Assembly (NCBI GenBank): GCA_965214775.1
Contig: OZ243974.1
Span: 1,312,001-1,376,000 of the forward strand
Length of the DNA stretch: 64,000 bases
Source: Nitrosopumilus sp.
GTDB lineage: Archaea; Thermoproteota; Nitrososphaeria; Nitrososphaerales; Nitrosopumilaceae
Direction of reading: 5' to 3'
Shown here: piece by piece, positions 19,382 through 28,089 of the stretch
Position numbering within the stretch: position 1 is the first letter of the stretch
Layout: every line of letters starts with the position of its first letter
Program-made: the position numbers and the translations under genes
The notes under the pieces: model-generated
What the model was told of the DNA's origin: nothing
The model's input: only the letters and a program-made list of their open reading frames with translations
The model's database searches: none

Positions 19382-20775
19382 CTTTTCCTTCTTATTTTGG
19401 AAAATGACGTTAGGACCAGTTCGACTCTGCCTTCCAAACCGGCTTTTGCATTAATGCCGGCAATTGAAATTATCTCGCCTGATTGGCATTTGTCAATTAG
19501 TCTGGCCTGGTTTCTCCAACCTTTCACCCAGATCTGACCGGTGTCGTCTTCTACAAACATCTCCGATAGTGCAATTGATTCGCCTGACTTTGTTTGCACC
19601 TCTCTCCTTTCTGGAGCCTTTAAGACGATGGCTTCAATACAGTATGTCTCATCGACTTTGACATCATTAATTTTTGTGCGAATCTTTGAAAGTGTGGGTA
19701 TTGATTCATCATTGTCCAGTTTTCGTACAAACGAATCGTCGTTTAACGTAACTGAATTTCCGTGAACTTTTGACGGCATGCATTCGATTACGTCTCCTTC
19801 GGCACAAATTGAGGTTGAATCTGCAAAGTCGCTAATGTTGAATAACTTCCTGTTGCTGTCAACCCCGAGAACCATGTTTCTTCCGTTTTCAGTCGGGGTG
19901 ATGGAAAGAACCCTGGTGACAATCGGTTCTGTCTCCTTTCCTCCCTTAATATCGATGATAGTTGCATCGTCTCCGTGAATTTCTAAACCCTGATTTCCGT
20001 TCTTCACATTGACACCTAATAGTCTGGTCTTGGCATCCTGAGCGATCATGTTTGGAATTGAAGACTCGTCTTTTCCCCACAGTACGACCCTCATTGCAGA
20101 GTTATCCTTGCCTTTGAGCCTCATCCTGAGTGCTTTTCTGGGCTGGCCACGTGAGTTTGTGAATTCCATTTGGCCAATCATGCCGTCAATTGTGCCTGAA
20201 ACCACAACGTCTTTCTGTCCTTCTTGCAATTCGCTAATGTCCTTGGTGATGCTCTCAATTGACGGAATCTCGCTTGAGGAGTCGGCAGTTTCAATATTTG
20301 AGCCTGAACCGATGTTTATTGTTGGAGAGCCATCACGATCCGACTTTACATATGCCTTGATGATCTTTATCAAATCCCCCGGCTTGAGATCCTCAATTCC
20401 AGGAAGATTTGCCTTTTCATCCCACAGCTTTACGCTTGCAGTCGAATTTGAATCATAAACTGTCATGGTTCGCAAGTAAAATGGCGAACCGTCTTTTCTG
20501 GAAAATTGCTTGGAAGGGGACAGATTCAAAACCCTTGTTTCTAAAGAAACTTCCTTTGCACCTGCATACAGATCCTTTAATCCTAATTCTGTTTTGAGCG
20601 GTTCTGACAGACTCACTCCATAATCTGATGCAATGAGAAAGAGGGCCCCATGGTCAGTGAGGTAGCCTGCCCCGATTTTTTCCTTTTTCAGATTTATCTG
20701 TTCTTGGATGCCTTCCTTTGAGAGTTCTGGCTTTTGGTCAATTAATTTCTGGATTAAATCCTCCAATTCGGACAA
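19378..20775 (-). CDS. Replication protein A / multi-OB-fold ssDNA-binding protein
   Basis: Repeated OB-fold motifs (FSRKDG..., VKLWD, VVLWG, DDTGQIWVKGWR). Confidence 0.85.
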   Translation of the reverse strand: MSELEDLIQKLIDQKPELSKEGIQEQINLKKEKIGAGYLTDHGALFLIASDYGVSLSEPLKTELGLKDLYAGAKEVSLETRVLNLSPSKQFSRKDGSPFYLRTMTVYDSNSTASVKLWDEKANLPGIEDLKPGDLIKIIKAYVKSDRDGSPTINIGSGSNIETADSSSEIPSIESITKDISELQEGQKDVVVSGTIDGMIGQMEFTNSRGQPRKALRMRLKGKDNSAMRVVLWGKDESSIPNMIAQDAKTRLLGVNVKNGNQGLEIHGDDATIIDIKGGKETEPIVTRVLSITPTENGRNMVLGVDSNRKLFNISDFADSTSICAEGDVIECMPSKVHGNSVTLNDDSFVRKLDNDESIPTLSKIRTKINDVKVDETYCIEAIVLKAPERREVQTKSGESIALSEMFVEDDTGQIWVKGWRNQARLIDKCQSGEIISIAGINAKAGLEGRVELVLTSFSKIRRKS

Positions 20776-20780
20776 CGCAA

Positions 20781-20823
20781 TCTTAATAAAAATATTCTCT
20801 TAATAAAAATATTCTCTTAATAA
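20781..20823. repeat. 17-bp tandem repeat (2.5 units) over the RPA promoter region
   Basis: tcttaataaaaatattc x2 plus tcttaataa; the unit contains TATA-like ttttattaa on the minus strand. Confidence 0.8.
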
Positions 20824-20827
20824 TAAC

Positions 20828-20938
20828 CAGCCAAGTGAAAAGTAAATGAGGTTTGTTGTTTTGTCCTGATATTGAGGCATCGTGCCTCCTGTCCCGCTTT
20901 TGTTTTTATCCGATTTTTTAGTACTTTTTACTTGGCTG
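20828..20938. mobile_element. ~110-bp MITE-like element, family D, copy 1
   Basis: IR cagccaagtgaaaagta / tactttttacttggctg and internal hairpin gaggca-tcg-tgcctc; homologue at 60416-60524. Confidence 0.72.
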
Positions 20939-21332
20939 AATAAAAATTTGTAATGTGGCCACCGGCCACCTATCCCTTGACCATCATTTGCACCATTGAC
21001 GAAAAATTCTCAACCAGACCAATGCCGTGAGTCTACACGCCAAACTAGAACAAGGTGAGACTATGCTGTCTTCTTGTAGCTGCTAGAATGAAAACGGCGG
21101 CAGGGTATGCGTGGCCTCGCACAAATTTTACCGAGTTCTAAGAAACCATCCTCAAATCCCTGATCGCATTTTTTACAATCTTCCTTCTCAAAATCTGCGT
21201 TGTTTTTGCACAGCCAATCCTTATCCACAATCAGTGTCTTTTAAAATTAGGGCAGACTCTGGCGTTGTCCGGAATTTTTCCAGAAATCTACCGATAAGCT
21301 TATAGATCATAAGCGCAGGATGCGACAACCTT

Positions 21333-22388
21333 ATGGATCATAGGATCGACGTCCCCGTATCAATGAAATCAAAGACCAACAAGAAGGAATCCAAGAAGGA
21401 ATCCAAGAAGGAATCCAAGAAGGAATCCAAGAAGGAATCCAAGAAGGAATCCAAGAAGGAATCCAAGAAGGAATCCAGCAAGACCAGCAAGAAAAAAAAG
21501 TCAGAGTACACGAGACCTCCGGAATACTATGCCGAGTACGAGAAAAAAAGGAGAGAGGACAGCAAGAGGTGCGGCATCGGAATCAAAAAGATCCGCAAGA
21601 TCCTCCTGTCCCTCCTCCATAACACAGAGCAAGAGGATGAAATTCCCTATCTTCTGTGCGTACTCGACATGGAGTACCGCGGAAACTCGTATCGCAGACA
21701 CGTCGAATACATGGAGTCGAATCCTGGTTCAACTAACATGTACGGGCTCAAAAAGGTTCCGGCCAAGTCGACACTGCATGATGCAGCCGTAAGGATAGCT
21801 GCCTGGGACAAGTCGGTGCTAAGATCGGTACTCTCAGAACAGGCAGGCGCAGACGCCAGGGGAACGTTGCTTGGCGACTCTAGCGGTTTCTCCATAATGA
21901 GATACCACACATGGGAGGACGCAAAGAAGGGCGTCATATCCAGGCAGATGTTTGCCAAGCTGCACATACTGTTGGCCCCGCACGGCAAGATTGCCGCCTG
22001 CGAGGTGACGCCGGGCGAATTCCATGATTCCCCGGTGTTCCGTAACGAGCTGCTACCGCAGGTTCCCAACGGCACAGGACACGTGATCCTGGATGCCGCA
22101 TACGACTCGTATGAGAACTGCAGGGTCATAGCCGACGGAGGCAGAACCCCAGTGATATGTCCGCGTATAGGATATACGGTTCACGGGTTCAACGCCCGCT
22201 CCAAGATGCTAAGATGGCACAAAAAGGACCCCGAGGGATTCGAGAAGACGTACCACCAGCGCAGCCTCGTTGAGTCGGCCTTCTCGTCGATAAAGGCAAG
22301 GTTTGACTCCACGGTGCGCGCCATGTCGCTTCCGATGCAGTCGCTCAGGCTTACCCTCAAGGTATTCTGCTACAATCTGGTCAGCTAG
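21333..22388 (+). CDS. IS5-family DDE transposase with an N-terminal (KKES)8 tract
   Basis: LGDSSG, FAKLH, ILDAAYDS and YHQRSLVESAFSSIK motifs. Confidence 0.88.
   Translation: MDHRIDVPVSMKSKTNKKESKKESKKESKKESKKESKKESKKESKKESSKTSKKKKSEYTRPPEYYAEYEKKRREDSKRCGIGIKKIRKILLSLLHNTEQEDEIPYLLCVLDMEYRGNSYRRHVEYMESNPGSTNMYGLKKVPAKSTLHDAAVRIAAWDKSVLRSVLSEQAGADARGTLLGDSSGFSIMRYHTWEDAKKGVISRQMFAKLHILLAPHGKIAACEVTPGEFHDSPVFRNELLPQVPNGTGHVILDAAYDSYENCRVIADGGRTPVICPRIGYTVHGFNARSKMLRWHKKDPEGFEKTYHQRSLVESAFSSIKARFDSTVRAMSLPMQSLRLTLKVFCYNLVS
21381..21476 (+). repeat. 12-bp perfect tandem repeat x8 (aagaaggaatcc)
   Basis: Counted directly; encodes KKES x8 in frame. Confidence 0.95.
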
Positions 22389-22624
22389 GATCCATAATGC
22401 CGGTACGGTGGAATCGTCCGGCTAGCGGATGCTATGCAGTATGACGTCAAAACACGGGCCATAACTACACAATGCGGGCCGGAGTGCGGATTCGTCTCTA
22501 TGTTTGCAGTCATTGCGCCATGATTTTGTACAAATCTCCCCGGAAATCACGTCCTAAAATCACGATTCCGGACAACGCCGCAGACTCTCATTAGGTAAAT
22601 TAGTAAGAAGATCGCAGTTTTCTT

Positions 22625-23575
22625 GTGCCTTGTATTGAAATTAGCCATCTGTCCAAGTCATATGGGGGCGTTTTTGCAGTTGACAACATTGATCTCTCCG
22701 TTGAATGCGGACAAGTTTTCGGATTTCTGGGTCCCAACGGAGCCGGAAAATCCACTACCATCAAACTATTGACCACGCTTATTCGGCCTACCTCAGGCTC
22801 AGTGTCCATACTTGGAATAGATGCGGTGAAAAACCCCCTCCAAATCCGTCATAAAATTGGAGTGGTTCTTCAACAGCCCAGCTACGAGCCCACCCTCTCT
22901 GTGGAAAAATCTCTTGACAAGTACGGAATGATGTGGAATGTTCCAAGAGATGAAAGGAAAAAAAGAGTTGAGGAACTGCTAGCTGACTTTGATTTGAAAG
23001 AAATCCGTAAAAAACGAAATGAGGATCTTTCCATAGGACAACGTAGACGTGTCCAAGTTGCAAGAGAGTTCATGCATGATATGGATCTTTTGTTTTTGGA
23101 TGAGCCGACAGTTGGCTTGGATCCCAACACAAGACAGAGCCTTTTGGATTACCTGAAAAATAAAGTAAAGACGGGACTGACAATCTTCTATACCACCCAT
23201 ATTTTATCAGAGGCCGAACACCTCTGTGATAAAATCGCTATTATAGACAAAGGAAAAATCGTGACCGTTGATACTCCAGACGCATTAAAATCAAAATTTG
23301 GAAGTGAAAAGACCGTCAAAATTCATCTAAACGAAGAAAGAAAAGAGGTTGCCTCATTTCTGTCAGGCATTGAAGACTGTAAAATTGATTTTAACAACGG
23401 AACTACCATTGTCATTCATTCCGAAAGATCCGAATACGTCTTGCTGCAAATCTTGAAAATTTTGAATGGCAGGGGCATTGAGATAGAGGACTTGTCTGCA
23501 GTACCGGCAAATCTTGAAGAAATATTTCTAAAAATGGTAAGAGAAAATGCATCCGATAGTCAGACTGGTAAATAG
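22625..23575 (+). CDS. ABC-2/DrrA-type exporter ATP-binding subunit
   Basis: GPNGAGKST, LSIGQRRRV, LFLDEPTVGLDP and TTH motifs. Confidence 0.93.
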   Translation: MPCIEISHLSKSYGGVFAVDNIDLSVECGQVFGFLGPNGAGKSTTIKLLTTLIRPTSGSVSILGIDAVKNPLQIRHKIGVVLQQPSYEPTLSVEKSLDKYGMMWNVPRDERKKRVEELLADFDLKEIRKKRNEDLSIGQRRRVQVAREFMHDMDLLFLDEPTVGLDPNTRQSLLDYLKNKVKTGLTIFYTTHILSEAEHLCDKIAIIDKGKIVTVDTPDALKSKFGSEKTVKIHLNEERKEVASFLSGIEDCKIDFNNGTTIVIHSERSEYVLLQILKILNGRGIEIEDLSAVPANLEEIFLKMVRENASDSQTGK

Positions 23576-24308
23576 AAACCTCACAATCTCTCTAAATCCG
23601 GGATTTTTAACATGGCAGGTAATTTTTCCGTTAATCTACATTTTTGTAGCAGGATTTGCTTATGCGCCCCTGATACAAAACGTTCCGTTGGGATCCAGGG
23701 ATTTGGATTATCCTGCATTTCTTGCATCAGGCATGATTGGATTTAACATAATGAACAGCACTCTTGTGTCTGGAATAATAATTTGGAATGATAGGCGTCA
23801 TGGAATGTTTGAACAAATAATGTCCGGCCCCTTTACCAGGGGCCATTACATTCTTAGCAATATCTGCACTATAGGAATAGTCGGGCTGGTAAGCGCATCG
23901 CTAATTGTAGTGGTAGGCTATCCTGTATTCTTTGACTCGATCGAATTTTCACTAATCACAATGCCGTTGATTGTTTTTGGGGCAGTAACCGGTTCGGTTT
24001 TATTTGGATCTCTGGCTTCCATCATCTCGACAAGACTGCGTTCAAGCGAGGGATTCAACGTAATTATTAACACTGTTTTTTTGTTTTTTGCATTTGTAAG
24101 TACGGCGTTTTATCCTGCAGAAGGCGTGCCGGAACCTTTACGTTCAGCTTTCTATCTGAATCCCTTGACTTATCTGGCTGACGTGATTCGGGCAGGAATT
24201 TTTAGCACATTTACGGAATTTGTATTTTATGAGATGATTGCTCTTTTAGTAATGGCTGCCGGATTGCTTGTTGTGGCGTCTAAATTACTAACAAAACTTG
24301 ATTTCTGA
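23547..24308 (+). CDS. ABC-2 type permease
   Basis: About six TM segments and FYP....P..L......NPLTY; overlaps the ATPase gene. Confidence 0.9.
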   Translation: MHPIVRLVNRNLTISLNPGFLTWQVIFPLIYIFVAGFAYAPLIQNVPLGSRDLDYPAFLASGMIGFNIMNSTLVSGIIIWNDRRHGMFEQIMSGPFTRGHYILSNICTIGIVGLVSASLIVVVGYPVFFDSIEFSLITMPLIVFGAVTGSVLFGSLASIISTRLRSSEGFNVIINTVFLFFAFVSTAFYPAEGVPEPLRSAFYLNPLTYLADVIRAGIFSTFTEFVFYEMIALLVMAAGLLVVASKLLTKLDF

Positions 24309-24310
24309 CT

Positions 24311-25054
24311 TTACCTGCTGTTGGTAAAATTTTCATACATCTCATTTATTTTCTTGACAATCTGGAGATCTTCATAATCCACTAAATTTAGATTTGGTAT
24401 CACACAGTGTCCTCCGATAATGCCCGGATAGATCTTTGGCCTGTTTCCCAAATTTTCATGAATCTCATCTGCAAACTTCCACATTTCATCAAAATCTATT
24501 CCTTCCTTTTCACATATCATTTTTGTAATCTGAGCATAATTGATTAGCCATCCATAATATGTCGTATCGACCAAAACTTTTGCCAATTCGGCAGTCTTTG
24601 TATCTGACATCCATTTGACTTTTTCAAACCTTTCTACAAGATCTTCCTTGATTTTGGAGTCAATTTCATCCTTTTCTGAAGCTACAAACTTGGAATATCT
24701 TTTGATATCATCTAAAAACCTCCTATGGACTCCTCTTACCGGCGAATACAATACGGGAACACTGAATTTTTCCTGGATTTTTTTCGTGGTTCCGGGCCTT
24801 ACAGTCGAATGTATCACGATATTTTTTACGCCTCCAATTTTTTTTGCCCAGTCTTCAACAATGCCTTCAAAGTCTGATAGTTCACCTGGAAGGCAAACAT
24901 GCAGATATTCTGGGGCATCGACAATCTCATTGCCGGTGAAGTTCTTGCACCTTGCAGGTTCGGCATCGATTCCAACACAGTCAATTCCCCTTTCTTCAAG
25001 AAGATCAAACAAAGTTTCTCCCACTTGGCCCATGCCTAAAACAACGTCAGTCAA
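24311..25054 (-). CDS. UDP-glucose/GDP-mannose dehydrogenase family protein (short form)
   Basis: GMGQVG, VIHSTVRPGTT, AELAK and GIIGGHCVIPN motifs. Confidence 0.85.
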   Translation of the reverse strand: MTDVVLGMGQVGETLFDLLEERGIDCVGIDAEPARCKNFTGNEIVDAPEYLHVCLPGELSDFEGIVEDWAKKIGGVKNIVIHSTVRPGTTKKIQEKFSVPVLYSPVRGVHRRFLDDIKRYSKFVASEKDEIDSKIKEDLVERFEKVKWMSDTKTAELAKVLVDTTYYGWLINYAQITKMICEKEGIDFDEMWKFADEIHENLGNRPKIYPGIIGGHCVIPNLNLVDYEDLQIVKKINEMYENFTNSR

Positions 25055-25112
25055 TCCGATTTCTGGAAATATTCCGTTCTATATTCGTGTTTTAATCATT
25101 TTTTAAATAAAG

Positions 25113-25185
25113 TAGCCCGAGGCAGATTCGAACTGCCGTCACGGGCTCCAAAGGCCCATATGCTTGACCTCTACACTATCGGGCT
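25113..25185 (-). tRNA. tRNA-Gln (UUG)
   Basis: Minus strand reads agcccgatagtgtagaggtcaagcatatgggcctTTGgagcccgtgacggcagttcgaatctgcctcgggcta and folds as a cloverleaf. Confidence 0.95.
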
Positions 25186-25253
25186 GCCGCTAAATCGAAC
25201 ACGCCAGCTCCCTTAATGAACTTTTTATTAGAATCTCCGTATTTTGCAAATCT

Positions 25254-26279
25254 CTAACTGATTAATCTGTCCAATTTCTGGATGGGATCTTCCATTTTGG
25301 AACGAATTACTCTTGCCTGTCTCTGACCGTATTTTTTAGAACTTTTCAATATTTTTTCAATATTTTTACAAATTTTTTGCGGATCTGTCTCTCTTATTGC
25401 TATGCGGTTTTTAACCAAATACTTTTCTATAAAGTTTGGCACTGCGTTGTATGAGATTGTCGGAACTCCCAACAATGCAGATTCTGCCGTCATTGTTCCT
25501 CCCGAACCAATAAAAACATCCGTATCCTCCAAAACATTCTTTCCATCAAATGACATTTTAATTACCCTGGCCCTGTCTCCCACAATTTTTTGAAGATTGG
25601 AGATTTGATTCGGATATCTTCCTAAAATTACTATGTTCTCACCTCCAAAATCAGTAATTATTTTTTTAATGATTGGAACAGTCTTATCTGATTTTGATGT
25701 GTAGGACGCTTGCTCTTCTTCTACTCTGATCAAAATATTTTTTTTGCCGTTTTTTCTAAATGGGGTTTTCTTATCTTTGATGGCCTTCCTCTTTATTGTT
25801 ACATAGGCGTCAATTGCTTTGTAGGGAATGATGTTTTTCTCACTAATTCCAAACTTTGAAAACTCTTTTTTTGGTATTACTGAGGGAATCAACAGCTTTT
25901 GAATCAATGGAATGGTCAGCCTCATTACCGCATCTGCATGTGGGGAATCACAAAACACTATGTGTCTTATTCCTAATCCAAAAGAAATTCTTGAGGCTTC
26001 CGGAGAACCAAAACTTATGGCTGTTTCTGGTCCAAATGCCTTGATTTTTTTGGTCATTTTTTGCATTCTTTGTATGCTTGACTCTAATTTCCCAAGATTG
26101 GTATGTGTGTCGTGTTTTCCAATGCTTACCAGGCTAAAACGACGAATTTTGGCCAATTTTGAAACTTCTTCATAGTCCCTTGATGTGCACAAAATCTTGT
26201 GTTTTTTACCCAATTTTCCAACTATCGGCTCAGCAAACAGCAATTGTTTTGGGGTGAGAATATCTATCCATATTTTCAA
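25254..26279 (-). CDS. DUF354-like GT-B fold protein
   Basis: MKIWIDILTPKQ..F, ILIRVEEEQASY and GSGGTMTAESALLGVPTIS motifs. Confidence 0.8.
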   Translation of the reverse strand: MKIWIDILTPKQLLFAEPIVGKLGKKHKILCTSRDYEEVSKLAKIRRFSLVSIGKHDTHTNLGKLESSIQRMQKMTKKIKAFGPETAISFGSPEASRISFGLGIRHIVFCDSPHADAVMRLTIPLIQKLLIPSVIPKKEFSKFGISEKNIIPYKAIDAYVTIKRKAIKDKKTPFRKNGKKNILIRVEEEQASYTSKSDKTVPIIKKIITDFGGENIVILGRYPNQISNLQKIVGDRARVIKMSFDGKNVLEDTDVFIGSGGTMTAESALLGVPTISYNAVPNFIEKYLVKNRIAIRETDPQKICKNIEKILKSSKKYGQRQARVIRSKMEDPIQKLDRLIS

Positions 26280-26346
26280 TTATTCTCCTAAATTTGACAA
26301 GTTCAATAAGTTTTTCTTACTCCAATACATAGCCGAAGTAAGTATC

Positions 26347-27492
26347 ATGGGGAGAAGGGCAAAAGTTGTTGTTTATGGATTAAGTACTGAGGGATATGCA
26401 ATTGCATCTCAAATGGCAATCAAGGGTGCAGATGTGTATATTATTGACGAATCAACCCCTTCTGCAATCTCTTTAAACCCTGAAATTGCCAAAACGTATC
26501 CGAACGTCTCTTCCCTAAAAGAGGATGAGCCGTTACTGGCAATGGAACCAATTGACGTTGCCGTCTCCAAAGCTCAATATCTTTTCTTTGCCCCGAGAAT
26601 TCGAAAAACTGGCCAAGACATTAAAACTGAAATTTATTCAAAATTCAAAGATGCGGCATCCCCATTAAAAAAGAAAAGTTCCGTAGTCTTTACCTTACCT
26701 ACCGGCTTTGGCGGAAACAACGAAAATATCTCTTTACTGGAACATGTCACTGGTTTTAAAGTAGGAAAACAAATCTCATACTTTTATTATCCCCTGGATG
26801 ATCCTGCCCAACAACCAAAAATCATAGGCTCATTTAATGGAAAAGAGGATTCAGCACTTGCTGAATTGTTAAGAACTGACAAAAAAGAAAAAAAATTTGT
26901 TGCGATTTCTTCATCAGAACGTTTTTACGCAATTGATGTTCTTTCGAGATTTTCTAGCCTATGCAGTGTTTTGGAAGTTTGCAAGTACGCACAAGATGAC
27001 ATTGTAAAAAATGATTTCTCTTCAGATGATTTCCAAAACATCTTTCTAGATAACATGGTTGGGGGCATGTTTGATCTCAGGTCATTGCGCTCATCTTTTG
27101 AAGGTGCTAATACCTTGATCTATTTGGTCAATGTAAGCCTAAAGGGAATTGACGGATACATCAAACGTCTGATTGATCAAATCCGCTCTACATTAAAGAA
27201 AAACGATCTAAAAGCTAGTAGAACCAAGATTGTATTGTCATGGACTCTGGATCAATATTCGATGCGGGGTGACAAAATCGAGATGTTGGAAAACCTAAAA
27301 TCAAGATTGCGAGATTATATCGGAGATGTTGAAGCTTATGAAGATCCAAACTTTGATCTATTCCATTCAGAGAAAACAGTAATTGTGGTAGCCTGCTCTC
27401 AAAATGATTTTGATCATATCGAAAAAACAAAACAAGACCCTAATTTAATCATAGTAAAGGCAAATCATTTATGTGAAACCATTCAACAATAA
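26347..27492 (+). CDS. Divergent nucleotide-sugar dehydrogenase-like protein
   Basis: Rossmann-like VVVYGLSTEGYAIA at the N-terminus; no GG.C catalytic motif visible. Start 26347 avoids overlap with the divergent gene. Confidence 0.6.
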   Translation: MGRRAKVVVYGLSTEGYAIASQMAIKGADVYIIDESTPSAISLNPEIAKTYPNVSSLKEDEPLLAMEPIDVAVSKAQYLFFAPRIRKTGQDIKTEIYSKFKDAASPLKKKSSVVFTLPTGFGGNNENISLLEHVTGFKVGKQISYFYYPLDDPAQQPKIIGSFNGKEDSALAELLRTDKKEKKFVAISSSERFYAIDVLSRFSSLCSVLEVCKYAQDDIVKNDFSSDDFQNIFLDNMVGGMFDLRSLRSSFEGANTLIYLVNVSLKGIDGYIKRLIDQIRSTLKKNDLKASRTKIVLSWTLDQYSMRGDKIEMLENLKSRLRDYIGDVEAYEDPNFDLFHSEKTVIVVACSQNDFDHIEKTKQDPNLIIVKANHLCETIQQ

Positions 27493-27522
27493 TTTAAATT
27501 AGCTTTTGAAAAAATTCGTACT

Positions 27523-28083
27523 ATGACTGAAGAAGAAAATTCTGATGAAATTCCTGTCAGTGTTGTTTCAAATGACAATGTGGATGAAGAGAAGGAGAAG
27601 AATCTCCAGTCTTCTGAAAGTGATTGTGAGAAAATATCTAAAGAATTAGAAAATGTAAAAGAAAAAAATGCTGAATATGAGGAAAAACTTAAACACGTTT
27701 TGGCAGATTTTCAAAACCTGTCAAAAAAAACCCGGTCCGATATTGAAAACGGCGTTAACGCAAAAGTTGATGAGTTTATTTTGGATTTCTTGGAAATTTA
27801 TGACGATTTTGTTAGGGCAAAACAAGTTTTTGCCAAAAGCGACGTTGACACTGAAGGATTGGATGGAATTCTAAAAAACATGGATTCTTTGCTTGTAAAA
27901 TATCAAGTTAAACCCATCGATGCACTGGGAGAAATTTTTGACCCAAACTATCACGAGGCTATATCTGTCATCAATGACGGTGATTTGGATGATGGTACCA
28001 TCACTAGGGAGATCAGGAAAGGATATATTTCTCAAAGTAGGGTTATAAGAGCGACATTAGTAGAAATTTCAAAAAAAGGGTGA
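27523..28083 (+). CDS. grpE: Nucleotide exchange factor GrpE
   Basis: ADFQN..K, FDPNYHEAI and KGY....RVIR motifs; directly upstream of dnaK. Confidence 0.95.
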   Translation: MTEEENSDEIPVSVVSNDNVDEEKEKNLQSSESDCEKISKELENVKEKNAEYEEKLKHVLADFQNLSKKTRSDIENGVNAKVDEFILDFLEIYDDFVRAKQVFAKSDVDTEGLDGILKNMDSLLVKYQVKPIDALGEIFDPNYHEAISVINDGDLDDGTITREIRKGYISQSRVIRATLVEISKKG

Positions 28084-28089
28084 TAAAAT

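Larger units (their letters stand above)
21261..22579 (+). mobile_element. IS5-family insertion sequence
   Basis: Perfect 15-bp TIR ggcgttgtccggaat; 9-bp TSD gcagactct at 21252-21260 and 22580-22588. Confidence 0.92.
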
